A stretch of DNA of 63,561 nucleotides, the filler included. It is 6 parts of 6 records of this genome, joined end to end, with 100 filler letters (N's around TTAATTAATTAA, not from the genome) between each part and the next. Parts side by side here need not be neighbours in the genome. Positions count along the whole stretch, not along the records: positions 1 to 21,778 come from SRR20825019_1086; 5 more parts are not named here. One strand, 5' to 3'. Position numbers and translations under genes: made by a program. How positions within the stretch are numbered: position 1 is the stretch's first letter; every line of letters begins with the position of its first letter. The notes under the pieces are model-generated. The model saw nothing but the letters and a program-made list of their open reading frames with translations, was not told the origin of the DNA and searched no databases. Below, piece by piece: positions 9,753 to 19,333 of the stretch.

Positions 9753-10721
9753 ATGAGATATCTGTTTCTTCAGATTGGCGGCTTATTGGCCGCGCTTCTG
9801 CTTGTTGTCTTTCCGGCGCGCGCCGAGTTGTCGGTCGTCACGTCAATCCCGCCGGTGCACAGCCTCGTGGCGAAGGTCATGGCCGGGGCTGGTGAGCCGC
9901 ATCTCTTGCTGCGGAACGGCCAGTCACCCCATGAATATGCGCTGCGCCCGTCCGATGCCCGGGCACTAGAAAACGCTGACCTGATATTTCTGATCTCCCA
10001 CACTATCGAGAGTTTTCTTGGGGCGGCGGTTGACCGGAATGCCGATCATGATGGTCGCGTTGTCGAACTGAGTGAGGTCAAGGGCGTTACGCATCTGAGC
10101 GTTCGAGAGGGGACATTGTGGGACTCTCCCGAGCACGGCGAGCACACCGGGCACGGGCATGATGATCATGACAAGGATGCCGGGGAGCATGCAGCGCACG
10201 ACCATGGCCCGGACGATCCGCATGTCTGGCTGAGCCCGTCCAACGCCAAGGCTTTTGTCGCCGCAATTGCAATGTCCCTGGCAGAGCGCGATCCGGATCA
10301 TGCCGGGCTCTATAAAGCCAATGCGACGGCCGCCATGCAGGATCTTGAGGCGCTTTCCGAAACCATCCGGCAGAAGCTCGCACCGGTGCATGACCGGCCG
10401 TTTCTGGTCTTCCATGATGCCTATCAGTATTTCGAGGCTGCGTTCGATCTGACGGCGGCTGGTGCGATCAGCCTCGGGACAGGGGCGCCTCCGGGGGCGG
10501 CACGGCTGCGGGCACTTCGGCAGCGGGTCGCGGATGGCGGCATCCGCTGTATCTTCAAGGAAGTGCAGTTCAGGCCCCGTCTGGCCGAGGTCGTGGCCGA
10601 GGGCTCCGGGGCGAAGCTTGGCACGCTTGATCCGGTCGGCAGCACCATTCCGTTCGGGCCGGATGCCTACAACGCTTTGATGCTCGGATTAGCGGACGGT
10701 TTCGAATCCTGCCTGAAGTGA
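9753..10721 (+). CDS. znuA: Zinc ABC transporter substrate-binding protein
   Basis: Signal peptide, VVTSIPPVHSLV, SPHEYALRPSD, His-rich loop, DPHVWLSP, FHDAYQYFE. Confidence 0.94.
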   Translation: MRYLFLQIGGLLAALLLVVFPARAELSVVTSIPPVHSLVAKVMAGAGEPHLLLRNGQSPHEYALRPSDARALENADLIFLISHTIESFLGAAVDRNADHDGRVVELSEVKGVTHLSVREGTLWDSPEHGEHTGHGHDDHDKDAGEHAAHDHGPDDPHVWLSPSNAKAFVAAIAMSLAERDPDHAGLYKANATAAMQDLEALSETIRQKLAPVHDRPFLVFHDAYQYFEAAFDLTAAGAISLGTGAPPGAARLRALRQRVADGGIRCIFKEVQFRPRLAEVVAEGSGAKLGTLDPVGSTIPFGPDAYNALMLGLADGFESCLK

Positions 10722-10757
10722 CATACTGCCCCGAACAGGCATCACGGGGGCAGGACA

Positions 10758-11390
10758 TTGATCGATATCGAAGACGCACTTGGCACCTGCCCCATCGTCG
10801 CAATTCTGCGCGGTCTGGAACCCGAGCGCGCGGAGGAGATCGGACAAGCCCTGTTCGATGCCGGGATTCGTGTAATCGAGGTGCCGCTGAACTCCCCCCA
10901 ACCCTTCGAAAGCATTGCCAGTCTCGCCCGGCTCCTCGGAGACCGCGCGGTGATCGGCGCCGGGACCGTGCTCACGGATGAGGACGTGCGGGCCGTGGCG
11001 GCGGCGGGCGGGCGCCTTGTTGTCTCTCCCAATACGGATACGCGGGTGATCGACGAGACAAAATGGTGCGGCCTGATCTCCATGCCTGGCTTCTTCACCC
11101 CGACCGAGGCGTTTCAGGCACTGGCGGCGGGTGCTGATTATCTGAAGCTGTTCCCAGGTGATGCGATCCAGCCGAAAATCGTCGGCACCTTGCGGGCGGT
11201 CTTGCCGCCGGACCGGGGGATCGTCGTTACCGGTGGCGTCGGGCTCGACAATATCGCGGAGTTTTTCGCAGCCGGCGCCAGGGCGGTTGCCGTCGGCTCC
11301 TCGATCTTCAAGCCGGGCAAGCCGGTGGAGCAAATCGGCGCCGATGCCGCCGCGTTGATCGCTGCCTGGAGGGAGACTGTCCCGCAATGA
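10758..11390 (+). CDS. dgoA: 2-dehydro-3-deoxy-6-phosphogalactonate aldolase (KDPG/KHG aldolase family)
   Basis: VAILRG, IEVPLNSP, GAGTVL, TPTEAF, LKLFP. Confidence 0.85.
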   Translation: MIDIEDALGTCPIVAILRGLEPERAEEIGQALFDAGIRVIEVPLNSPQPFESIASLARLLGDRAVIGAGTVLTDEDVRAVAAAGGRLVVSPNTDTRVIDETKWCGLISMPGFFTPTEAFQALAAGADYLKLFPGDAIQPKIVGTLRAVLPPDRGIVVTGGVGLDNIAEFFAAGARAVAVGSSIFKPGKPVEQIGADAAALIAAWRETVPQ

Positions 11391-11493
11391 CGGAATAAGC
11401 CCATTTCGGAAAGCGGACTTGTAACCGGGCGGCGCCTGCGCGATGTCATAAGCTCAACGCCATTTCACAAGCATGCCAAGCGGGAGCGAACAC

Positions 11494-11937
11494 ATGCGGT
11501 ATCTGCACACGATGGTCCGGATCAGCGACATCGACGAGAGCCTGAAATTCTATTGCGACATTCTCGGTCTCAAGGAAGTTCATCGCTATGAAAGCGAGAA
11601 GGGCCGTTTCACCAACATTTTCCTCTACGCGCCGGGCGACGAGGCGACTGCCGCCTCTGACAAGCGCGCGCCGGTGGTCGAGCTGACCTACAATTGGGAT
11701 CCGGAAGAGTACAAGACCGGCCGGGCCTGGGGACATCTCGCCTTCCGTGTCGAGAATATCTACGAGCTTTGCCAGAAGATCATGGATGCGGGCGTCACCA
11801 TCAACCGTCCGCCGCGTGACGGTTACATGGCGTTCGTGAAATCGCCGGACGGCATCTCCATCGAAATCCTGCAGGAAGGCGAGGCGCTGGCGCCGGCCGA
11901 GCCCTGGGCGTCGATGGAAAATACCGGCTCCTGGTAA
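11494..11937 (+). CDS. gloA: Lactoylglutathione lyase (glyoxalase I, VOC family)
   Basis: MRYLHTMVRI, ELTYNWD, GHLAF, MAFVKSPDGISIE. Confidence 0.92.
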   Translation: MRYLHTMVRISDIDESLKFYCDILGLKEVHRYESEKGRFTNIFLYAPGDEATAASDKRAPVVELTYNWDPEEYKTGRAWGHLAFRVENIYELCQKIMDAGVTINRPPRDGYMAFVKSPDGISIEILQEGEALAPAEPWASMENTGSW

Positions 11938-11995
11938 AATCCTGATCCGTACCGGTATCGCACTGTTCCCGGCTGTGCTTTAGCCTGCGTCCGAT

Positions 11996-13363
11996 CTATC
12001 CCTGCGGCCATGCCGTGTGGTGATCGTCGATGACAAAGGCATGGCTGTGCCGGAACCTGCGGTGCCGGTGCGTCTGTCCCGACGGCCCGGCTTTCGCGAG
12101 CTGTGCCGGCTGATGGTGCCCGTCGTCTGCGATCGGGTGCGCGTGGACCAGCTCCTCATGTTCGTGGTCCAGTTCGGCCGGATCGTGTGCGGGCCAGAAC
12201 AGCAGCGCGCCTGCCAGGCCCGCCGTCGCTCCGACAGCAAGCATGATGAAGGCCATATCCATACCAAGGGATGTCGCGACCCATCCGGCAAGCGGATAGG
12301 TGACAAGCCAGCAGGCATGCGACAGCGCGAATTGTGCGGCGAACAGATCGGTTCTGTCTTCGGCATGACAGGATCGCCTTAGCAACAACCCCGACGGGGT
12401 CATTATCATGGATATGCCGACCCCTATCGCGCACCATACGGCCAGGGCCTGCAGGTAGGTTTCCGCAAGGATACCGGCGCAGAGCGAGATCGCCAGCAGC
12501 GCGGCCCCCGCGAGCATGACGGGGCGGGCCGAGCGATGCTCAAGCAGTCTTGGTAACGTCAGGGCGACGATCATCGAGCCCATCCCGGTGGCCGCATAGA
12601 ACAGCGTCAGGTCCCGTCCGGTGCCGCCGAGAACGTCCTGAACAAAGACAACACTATTCACGATCACCATGGAGCCGGCCGCCGAAACAGCGAAGCTCAA
12701 CGCGAGCAGGCCGCGCAGCCGGGGCGTCTTGAGATAGATCCAGCTGCCACGGGTTACCTTGGCGCGAAAGCTGCGCTGTGCCGCGTCCGGCTTCTGAGCG
12801 GGGATCGAGGCAGTGAGGATAAGGGCCGCAGAGGCAAGGAAGCCGAGCGCATTGCCGGCAAACAGTCCGTGAAATGTCATGACAGACAGAAGCAGTCCCG
12901 CCAGAAGCGGGCTGGCCAACTGCTCAAGGTCGTAGAGCAGACGGGAGAGGGAAAGCGCCCGTGTGTAATCCCGCTCTTCCGGAAGGAGATCTGGAATGGT
13001 GGCCTGGAATGTCGGGGTGAAGGCGGCGGAACAGGCCTGGAACAGAAAGATCAGCAGATAGATCTGCCAGATCTCGGTCACGAACGGCAGCAGGATCACG
13101 AACCCTGCCCGGATCAGGTCCAGAGCAACCAGGAAGGGGCCTCTGCGGAACCGGCTGGACAGGGCGGCGCCGATCGGACCGAGTACGACATAGGAGATCA
13201 TCTTGATGGCGAGGGCGGTGCCGAGCACAAGCCCGGCATCAGGACCTGCGATCTGGTAGGCGAGCAGCCCGAGGGCGACGGTGGTCAGACCGCTGCCGAG
13301 TAATGACAGCGCCTGTGCCAGAAAGAGATGCCGGTAGGCGGAATATCTCAGAATATCGATCAT
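11996..13363 (-). CDS. MFS transporter with His-rich C-terminus (NreB-like metal efflux)
   Basis: YRHLFLAQ...LTTVALGLLAY N-terminus, LFAAQFALSHACWL, tail HEHEELVHAH...HSHAFVIDDHH. Confidence 0.82.
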   Translation of the reverse strand: MIDILRYSAYRHLFLAQALSLLGSGLTTVALGLLAYQIAGPDAGLVLGTALAIKMISYVVLGPIGAALSSRFRRGPFLVALDLIRAGFVILLPFVTEIWQIYLLIFLFQACSAAFTPTFQATIPDLLPEERDYTRALSLSRLLYDLEQLASPLLAGLLLSVMTFHGLFAGNALGFLASAALILTASIPAQKPDAAQRSFRAKVTRGSWIYLKTPRLRGLLALSFAVSAAGSMVIVNSVVFVQDVLGGTGRDLTLFYAATGMGSMIVALTLPRLLEHRSARPVMLAGAALLAISLCAGILAETYLQALAVWCAIGVGISMIMTPSGLLLRRSCHAEDRTDLFAAQFALSHACWLVTYPLAGWVATSLGMDMAFIMLAVGATAGLAGALLFWPAHDPAELDHEHEELVHAHPIADDGHHQPAQLAKAGPSGQTHRHRRFRHSHAFVIDDHHTAWPQG

Positions 13364-13384
13364 ATTTCCTCGCTCGGAAAGATG

Positions 13385-13786
13385 TCAGTCCGATGCAGTA
13401 TAGCGCACAACCATGTCCCTGAGGGTCACGATGCCGACCATCTCCCCCTGCCGGGTGACAAGTGCACGAGTCAGTTTGAACCGGTTCAGCATGCGGATCG
13501 CATATTTGATGTCCATGCCGATATCGACGGTCAGAACCGGCTTCGACATGATTTCGTAAACGCTGGTGCGTTCCGGCGAGCGGTCCTTGCTGGCCACATG
13601 CGCCGCGATATCACCGACCGTCACGACGCCGTACTCGTCCCTGTCGTCCCGCCGTTCGATGACCAGTGAGCTGACATTGTGCTCCCGCATCAGGTCGATG
13701 GCGTTGCGCACCGTCGCGAGGCCGTCGATGACATGCGGGTTACCGCTCATCACGTCCTCGACCTTCACATAAGGATGCTGGTTCAT
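13385..13786 (-). CDS. CBS-domain pair protein
   Basis: VEDVM...HNVSSLVI...YGVVTVGDI...EIMSKPVL...VGIVTLRDM. Confidence 0.9.
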   Translation of the reverse strand: MNQHPYVKVEDVMSGNPHVIDGLATVRNAIDLMREHNVSSLVIERRDDRDEYGVVTVGDIAAHVASKDRSPERTSVYEIMSKPVLTVDIGMDIKYAIRMLNRFKLTRALVTRQGEMVGIVTLRDMVVRYTASD

Positions 13787-14133
13787 ATTTCTTCCTCGAT
13801 CTCTTTTTCGATTTCCTTGATTTGCGAGGTCAGGCCGACGGCGTCCTCGATGTCGATCTGGAAGGCGACACCGCTGCCAAGGTCTTCGTCGAACCGGGCT
13901 GCCCGGCAGATCTCTTCCAGGATATGACGCGACATGTGTTCCTCGACCACCAGCAACACGACGTCGCGCTGGCCCTCAAGGGTGAGGCCGAGGAAGGTGG
14001 AGGAGGGTTTCAGGCCCTCGCCCCGGACATTGGTAATGACGGTGCTGCCGGTGCCGCCGCACTTTCGTGCGGTGTCGACGACGATCTCGGTCTTGGCATC
14101 GCTTACCACGGCAACTATCAGCTTGAATTTCAT
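13783..14133 (-). CDS. PII-like signal transduction protein (non-GlnB/GlnK)
   Basis: KLIVAVV...GGTGSTV...RGEG...GSGVAFQIDIEDAVGL PII-fold pattern; ATGA overlaps on both sides. Confidence 0.85.
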   Translation of the reverse strand: MKFKLIVAVVSDAKTEIVVDTARKCGGTGSTVITNVRGEGLKPSSTFLGLTLEGQRDVVLLVVEEHMSRHILEEICRAARFDEDLGSGVAFQIDIEDAVGLTSQIKEIEKEIEEEI

Positions 14134-14966
14134 TGCTGGCTCCCTGGCTGTGGGGTTGCGGTTTCGGTATCAAATCGGGAACGGGCGGCCTCGCGCTTCT
14201 TGCGCCGCGCGGCCATCCAGGAGCCCGCCTGGGCATAACTCATGACGCTGAGTATGGGAAAGAGACTGGCGAGGGCGATCAACCCGAACCCGTCCAGTAC
14301 CGGGTCACGGCCAGGCACGGTCGAGGCGAGGCCGAGGCCAAGGGCCGTGACCAGTGGGACGGTGACGGTGGATGTGGTGACGCCGCCGGAATCGTAAGCC
14401 AGCGGAATGATCATGCGCGGTGCGTAGATCGTCTGCAGGACGACGAGCGTGTAGCCGGCGATCATGTAGAGATAAAGCGGCGTGCCGGTGACGATCCGGA
14501 AGGCGCCGACAGCGATGCTGAGGGCGACCCCGATGGCAACGGCGATACGCAGGCCCCGGCCGTCGATGGCGCCGCCGGTGAGGGTGCTGGCCTTGTTGGC
14601 GACGGCGATCAGGGACGGCTCGGCAATGGTGGTGGAGAAGCCGATGGCAGCGGCAAACAGATAGACCCAGTAATAATCCGCCCAGCCGAGGCTGGCGATG
14701 TCGCGGCCGGGGGCGATGAAGGCCGGATCGGTCAGCTGCGTCGCCATCAGGGCGCCGATCGGGAACAGGGCTTCCTCCAGCCCGACCAGGAAGAGCGAGA
14801 GGCCGAGGATCACATAGACGAAACCGAGCAGTACCCGGCCGAGTTGGGGAATGCTCTGGCGCAGCACGACAAGCTGGAAGAAGGCGAGGATCGCGGCAAT
14901 CGGGAACACGTCGATAAGTGTGCCGAGAAAAGCCTCATAGAGCGCCGTGATCCATTCCATCACCAT
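14130..14966 (-). CDS. DUF1538-family membrane protein
   Basis: [41 protein letters not shown]. Confidence 0.88.
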   Translation of the reverse strand: MVMEWITALYEAFLGTLIDVFPIAAILAFFQLVVLRQSIPQLGRVLLGFVYVILGLSLFLVGLEEALFPIGALMATQLTDPAFIAPGRDIASLGWADYYWVYLFAAAIGFSTTIAEPSLIAVANKASTLTGGAIDGRGLRIAVAIGVALSIAVGAFRIVTGTPLYLYMIAGYTLVVLQTIYAPRMIIPLAYDSGGVTTSTVTVPLVTALGLGLASTVPGRDPVLDGFGLIALASLFPILSVMSYAQAGSWMAARRKKREAARSRFDTETATPQPGSQQ

Positions 14967-14968
14967 GT

Positions 14969-15703
14969 CTAGAACACCATCCCGAAGATGAGGACAAAGA
15001 TCATCGGCGAGAGTGAGGCAAAGGCGATCAGCCCGAAACCGTCTATTGCCGGATTACGCCCCTTGATGACTGTCGCCAGTCCTACGCCGAGGGCTGTGAC
15101 CAGCGGAACGGTGACGGTGGAGGTGGTGACGCCGCCGGAATCATAGGCGATGCCGATGATCTGCTTCGGCGCTATCACGGTCAGGGCCTGCACCGCCACA
15201 TAGCCGCCGATCATGATCCAGTGCAGCGGCCAGCCTTTCAGGATGCGGAAAACGCCGACCACGATGGCGATACCGACCGAGGCCGCGACCGTATAGCGGA
15301 GCGCGCGGGCGTAGTTGTTCATCGCCTCCGGCGCGTTGGCGATGAAGCCGCCTTCCGCCATGACCCGCGCCGCTTCGTCGCCGACGGCGATCAGGGAGGG
15401 CTCGGCCACTGTCGTGCCGAAGCCGAGTCCGAAGGAAAACAGCAGGAGCCAGGTCAGGCTGCCCTTGCGGGCAAGGGCGCCGGCAAGAAATTCGCCGATC
15501 GGGAACAGGGCCATCTCCAGTCCCTGCAGAAACAATGTCAGGCCGAGAACCACGACAACCAGGCCGGCCAGTGTCTGACCGAGGTTCGGGAACGGCTGCT
15601 GAAGCACGATGAGCTGGAAGAAGGCTACGACCAGTACGATCGGCAACACGTCCCGGGCAGTGCCGAGCAGGAGGGAGCCGAACGCGAGGAACCGATTGAT
15701 CAT
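14969..15703 (-). CDS. DUF1538-family membrane protein (paralog)
   Basis: [41 protein letters not shown]. Confidence 0.88.
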   Translation of the reverse strand: MINRFLAFGSLLLGTARDVLPIVLVVAFFQLIVLQQPFPNLGQTLAGLVVVVLGLTLFLQGLEMALFPIGEFLAGALARKGSLTWLLLFSFGLGFGTTVAEPSLIAVGDEAARVMAEGGFIANAPEAMNNYARALRYTVAASVGIAIVVGVFRILKGWPLHWIMIGGYVAVQALTVIAPKQIIGIAYDSGGVTTSTVTVPLVTALGVGLATVIKGRNPAIDGFGLIAFASLSPMIFVLIFGMVF

Positions 15704-15780
15704 TCAGGCAGGCTAGCGGCTTGGTCTGCCAACATCCAGTGCGCCCATCGCCGCATGCGTGCGGAAAATTTTCCAGGTCA

Positions 15781-15807
15781 CGTCACAACCGGAAACGCTG
15801 GCTCGAC
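15781..15807 (+). promoter_or_regulatory. ECF41-type sigma promoter
   Basis: CGTCACA-N16-CGAC versus the ECF41 consensus TGTCACA-N16-CGTC; directly upstream of the CMD/ECF41 pair. Confidence 0.65.
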
Positions 15808-15848
15808 ATGTCAGTGAAACCCATTGCAACGCCAAGCAGGAGACAGAC

Positions 15849-16280
15849 ATGGCTGGCACAGGACCCGTGAACTTTTACGCCAACGCCGGAGCTATTCTCG
15901 GCAAACTGGAAACCGTCGAGGCAAGTATCGCCGAAGCCGGCTTCGACAAGTTGCTGCATCATCTGGTGAAGCTGCGCGCCTCGCAGATCAACCAGTGCGC
16001 CTTTTGCGTCAAGATGCATATCGCGGAAGCCCTCAAGGATGGCGACAGCCAGGAGCGGATCGACCGGGTCATCGTCTGGCGCCATGTCCGTGATTTCACC
16101 CCGGCGGAAAAGGCGGCACTGGCCTGGACCGAGGCCTTGACCGAACTTGATCCGAAGGCCGATCTTGGGCCGCTGCGGCAGGAGTTGCGCGAGCATTTCT
16201 CCGACACGGACATTTCGACGCTGACGGCGATCATTGCCATGATCAATCTCTGGAACCGCATTCAGGTCTCCCAACATTGA
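15849..16280 (+). CDS. Carboxymuconolactone decarboxylase/AhpD-family protein
   Basis: LVKLRASQINQCAFCVKMH (CxxC), EKAALAWTEALT, INLWNRI. Confidence 0.92.
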   Translation: MAGTGPVNFYANAGAILGKLETVEASIAEAGFDKLLHHLVKLRASQINQCAFCVKMHIAEALKDGDSQERIDRVIVWRHVRDFTPAEKAALAWTEALTELDPKADLGPLRQELREHFSDTDISTLTAIIAMINLWNRIQVSQH

Positions 16281-16293
16281 TGAAAAAGCATTG

Positions 16294-17178
16294 ATGAAAC
16301 AGAATCCGGATCATCTGCGGGAGTTCGAGGAGGCGCGGCCGATGCTGATCGGCCTCGCCTACCGGCTGCTGGGCTCCCGCGCCGAGGCGGAAGATGTCGT
16401 GCAGGACACTTTTCTGGCCTGGAGCGGGACTGACCGTGCCGTGATCGAACAACCGCGTGCCTGGTTGAGCTCGGTCTGCACCCGGCGGGCTCTGGACGTC
16501 CTGAAATCGGCCCGGCGCAGCCGCACCGACTATGTCGGTCACTGGTTGCCGGAGCCGATCGAGACCGGGGAAAGCGCGACGCCTGAATCGGATCTCATGG
16601 TCAGCGAAAGCGTGACCATGGCGTTTCTGCTGGTGCTGGATCGCCTGGCACCGAAAGAGCGGGCGGCGTTCGTGCTGCACGATGTTTTCGGCATGGACTA
16701 TGCGGAAATCGCGGAGCAACTCGGGAGCACGGAGGCGGCCTGCCGCAAGCTGGCCTCCCGGGCACGGGTCAATGTCAGGCAAGCGGGTAATACCAAGCCT
16801 GCCCCAAGGGATCTGCAGCAATGCCTGATTGATGCCTTCCAGACCGCGTTGCGGACCGGAGCTGCGGATGACCTCGCCGGGTTGCTGGCGCGCGACGCAG
16901 TTTTGACCGCTGACAGCGGCGGCAAGGCGGCGTCAATTCTTGGGCCTGTCAAAGGCGCGGAGCGGATTCTCACTTTTGTTACCAGGGCGTTGCCGAAATT
17001 TTGGTCCGACTATTCCATTACGGTGGCGGAGATCAATGCGCAGCTTGCTCTGATTGTGCGGGACGGCCCCGTCGCGCACGCTGTCGTGACATTCCGGGTG
17101 AATGCTGACCAGTGGGTCTCGGAGATCATGGTCATGCGGAATCCAGACAAGTTGCGCGGCTTCGACCTCGCGGACTGA
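16294..17178 (+). CDS. ECF sigma factor, SigJ/ECF41 type with SnoaL-like extension
   Basis: AYRLLGSRAEAEDVVQ, YVGHWLPEP, DSGGK and MRNPDKL ECF41 motifs; paired with the CMD gene. Confidence 0.92.
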   Translation: MKQNPDHLREFEEARPMLIGLAYRLLGSRAEAEDVVQDTFLAWSGTDRAVIEQPRAWLSSVCTRRALDVLKSARRSRTDYVGHWLPEPIETGESATPESDLMVSESVTMAFLLVLDRLAPKERAAFVLHDVFGMDYAEIAEQLGSTEAACRKLASRARVNVRQAGNTKPAPRDLQQCLIDAFQTALRTGAADDLAGLLARDAVLTADSGGKAASILGPVKGAERILTFVTRALPKFWSDYSITVAEINAQLALIVRDGPVAHAVVTFRVNADQWVSEIMVMRNPDKLRGFDLAD

Positions 17179-17297
17179 ATTCCAGAAATCCGCCGAAGAC
17201 CATCGAAACATCATCAATTATCTAAAAATACACGCAATCTTAAGGAGTTGCAGCGATATGTCATAGAATTGCATCTAAATTGCTTGGGGAATGCGGT

Positions 17298-17822
17298 ATG
17301 GTTGCCGCGATGGAGACACAGCCTCGCCTTACCAAGACCTACCGGTTGCTGGTCCGGGGGACCAATATCAACGAGACCTCCTTGTTGGCGACCGACTACC
17401 TGAACCATTTCAACGAAGTGGTGATGCTGCTTGAGCTCATTCCGGACATGCCGGACATGCTTGAGGAGGTCGAGGAATGGAAGCCGGCGACCTATATCGA
17501 GCATTTCGCGGCCAGCGGATTTTCGGATAAGGAACTGGCCATCTGGGCCTATGAAAATGCCCCACATGAATATATTCATGCCTTCGAGGATCTGGTGGCG
17601 TCTGCCAACGAGCAGATCTTCGCGACGGTGGGGCTTTTAAAGAAGCTGAATGGAACGGTGCCCGAAGACGAGTTCCGCAATCAGACCCTGGCAAAGGTCC
17701 GTGAGGTCAGATTGACGCTGGAACAGATCTCGGGCGTTATCAACGGCACGGTGCCGCGTTACGATCAGGCGGAGATCGACGACATCATGGACCAGAACGC
17801 GATCGACAGCCTTTTCGACTGA
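17298..17822 (+). CDS. Conserved hypothetical protein with CheZ-like acidic C-terminal tail
   Basis: Open frame with host-like codon use; NINETSLLATDYLNHFNE; ends DQAEIDDIMDQNAIDSLFD; TGATG coupling to the next gene. Confidence 0.75.
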   Translation: MVAAMETQPRLTKTYRLLVRGTNINETSLLATDYLNHFNEVVMLLELIPDMPDMLEEVEEWKPATYIEHFAASGFSDKELAIWAYENAPHEYIHAFEDLVASANEQIFATVGLLKKLNGTVPEDEFRNQTLAKVREVRLTLEQISGVINGTVPRYDQAEIDDIMDQNAIDSLFD

Positions 17823-18781
17823 TGATTTTTCGCAATATCCCACATGCTGGTCAGCGCTGGCTTGGCGTCTTCGGCCTCATCCTCGCTCTCGGTTCCGCAG
17901 CTCCGGCCTTTGCCTCCCCGCCACCTGCCCTGTTTGTCACGGCGACGGGCGAGCCTGTTTCAATCGAGCATCTTGTGGAAGACCTTGTGGAACGGCGTTT
18001 CGTCTTGCTGGGCGAAAAGCACGACAATCCCGAACATCACGAAATCCAGGCGGAACTTCTGCACCGGATGATCGCGGCGGGCCGCAAGCCGGCTCTGGTC
18101 TGGGAGATGATCGAGCGCGGCAAGCAAGCCGCAATCGATGAGTTTCGGGCGAGCGGGAATATGGACCCGGATGCGTTTGCCGAGGCTATCGGCTGGGCCG
18201 ATTCCAGCTGGCCCGACTGGAAATTTTACCGGCCGGTCGCGGATGCGGCGCTGGCGGCCGGGCTGCCGATGATCGCCGGAAATCTGGATGCGGCAACGGC
18301 CCGGTCCATCAGTCAGGGCGATATGATCGATGCGGACCTGAGAGCGGCTCTCCGGCTGGACGAGGCCGTTCCGGAATTTGTCCGCGAGGCACTCCGGGAT
18401 GAGGTCTATCGCGGCCATTGCGGGCTCATTCCGCGGGACAAGCTCTCTCCGATGGTTGCCGTTCAGATCGCCCGGGATGCCAGCCTGGCGGAAGCGATGC
18501 TGCGGGCCGCCGGGACGGCCGACGGCGCCGTGCTGATCGCAGGGGGGCAGCATGCACGCCGCGATACCGGCGCCGGCTTTCATCTCGAACACAGGTTCGG
18601 CGGCGGGAATATTGCGTCTATCGGTATGCTGGAAGGCGATCTGGAAATCGTCTGGGCGGGGGAGGAGAACGCGGTTCCACCCGGCAGGTTCGACTATGTC
18701 TGGTACACGGACCCGGCGCATCCGGAGAAGGACTATTGCGCCGATCTGGAAGCCCGCTTCGAAGCCTTCACGAAAAACTGA
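17822..18781 (+). CDS. ChaN-family (EreA/ChaN-like) exported protein, putative heme/iron uptake
   Basis: Signal peptide, VLLGEKHDNPEHH, WEMI, QIARDASLA, LIAGGQHAR. Confidence 0.85.
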   Translation: MIFRNIPHAGQRWLGVFGLILALGSAAPAFASPPPALFVTATGEPVSIEHLVEDLVERRFVLLGEKHDNPEHHEIQAELLHRMIAAGRKPALVWEMIERGKQAAIDEFRASGNMDPDAFAEAIGWADSSWPDWKFYRPVADAALAAGLPMIAGNLDAATARSISQGDMIDADLRAALRLDEAVPEFVREALRDEVYRGHCGLIPRDKLSPMVAVQIARDASLAEAMLRAAGTADGAVLIAGGQHARRDTGAGFHLEHRFGGGNIASIGMLEGDLEIVWAGEENAVPPGRFDYVWYTDPAHPEKDYCADLEARFEAFTKN

Positions 18782-18807
18782 CCGCGCACCAGATGGCCGG
18801 TGCGCGG
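18782..18807. terminator. Hairpin between convergent genes (possible bidirectional terminator)
   Basis: CCGCGCACC-N8-GGTGCGCGG perfect 9-bp stem; no clear U-tract. Confidence 0.5.
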
Positions 18808-18829
18808 CGCACTTGCCGGACGCGACGTC

Positions 18830-19213
18830 TTATTTGCCGCTTTCCGCCTTGATGTAGGCGATGACATCGTCGATGTCGTCCTGCTTCTTCAGGCCGACAA
18901 ATGCCATTTTTGTCCCTTTGAGGTATTTTTTCGGGGCTTTCAGAAACTCGGCGATGCTGGCTTCATCCCACACCAGACCTTCTTCGGCCTTGGCTTGCAT
19001 GGCTTTGGAATATTTGAATTTTTCCACATGCGCGGCAGGACGGCCGATAATACCGACAAGATGTGGGCCGACCCGGTTCTTTTCCGCGTCGACGACGTGA
19101 CAGGCCTTGCATTTCCGGAAGACCTTCTCGCCTTTCGCCGCATCGCCCTCGGCCATGACCGGGCTGATGGTCAAGGCCAGAAGGGTGGCGACGTAAGCAG
19201 CTTTGCGCAGCAT
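18830..19213 (-). CDS. Cytochrome c2 (class I c-type)
   Basis: Signal peptide, CKACH heme motif, VGPHL, GTKMAF axial Met. Confidence 0.95.
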   Translation of the reverse strand: MLRKAAYVATLLALTISPVMAEGDAAKGEKVFRKCKACHVVDAEKNRVGPHLVGIIGRPAAHVEKFKYSKAMQAKAEEGLVWDEASIAEFLKAPKKYLKGTKMAFVGLKKQDDIDDVIAYIKAESGK

Positions 19214-19333
19214 ATTTCTCTCCAATTCAGCCGGTCGTTAAAGTCGACGATCTGTTCTGCTCTTTTGTAGCGCTTCATGCAGAGCGATCCCAGTTGCCGA
19301 ACTGTCGCACCGGTTGCCGGGTCGTGCCGCGCC

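Noticed and set aside
17261-17279. Irr/ICE-like sequence CATAGAATTGCATCTAAAT upstream of the hypothetical-chaN pair
   Set aside because: Half-site spacing is one base off TTTAGAA-N3-TTCTAAA and has mismatches; too weak to call.
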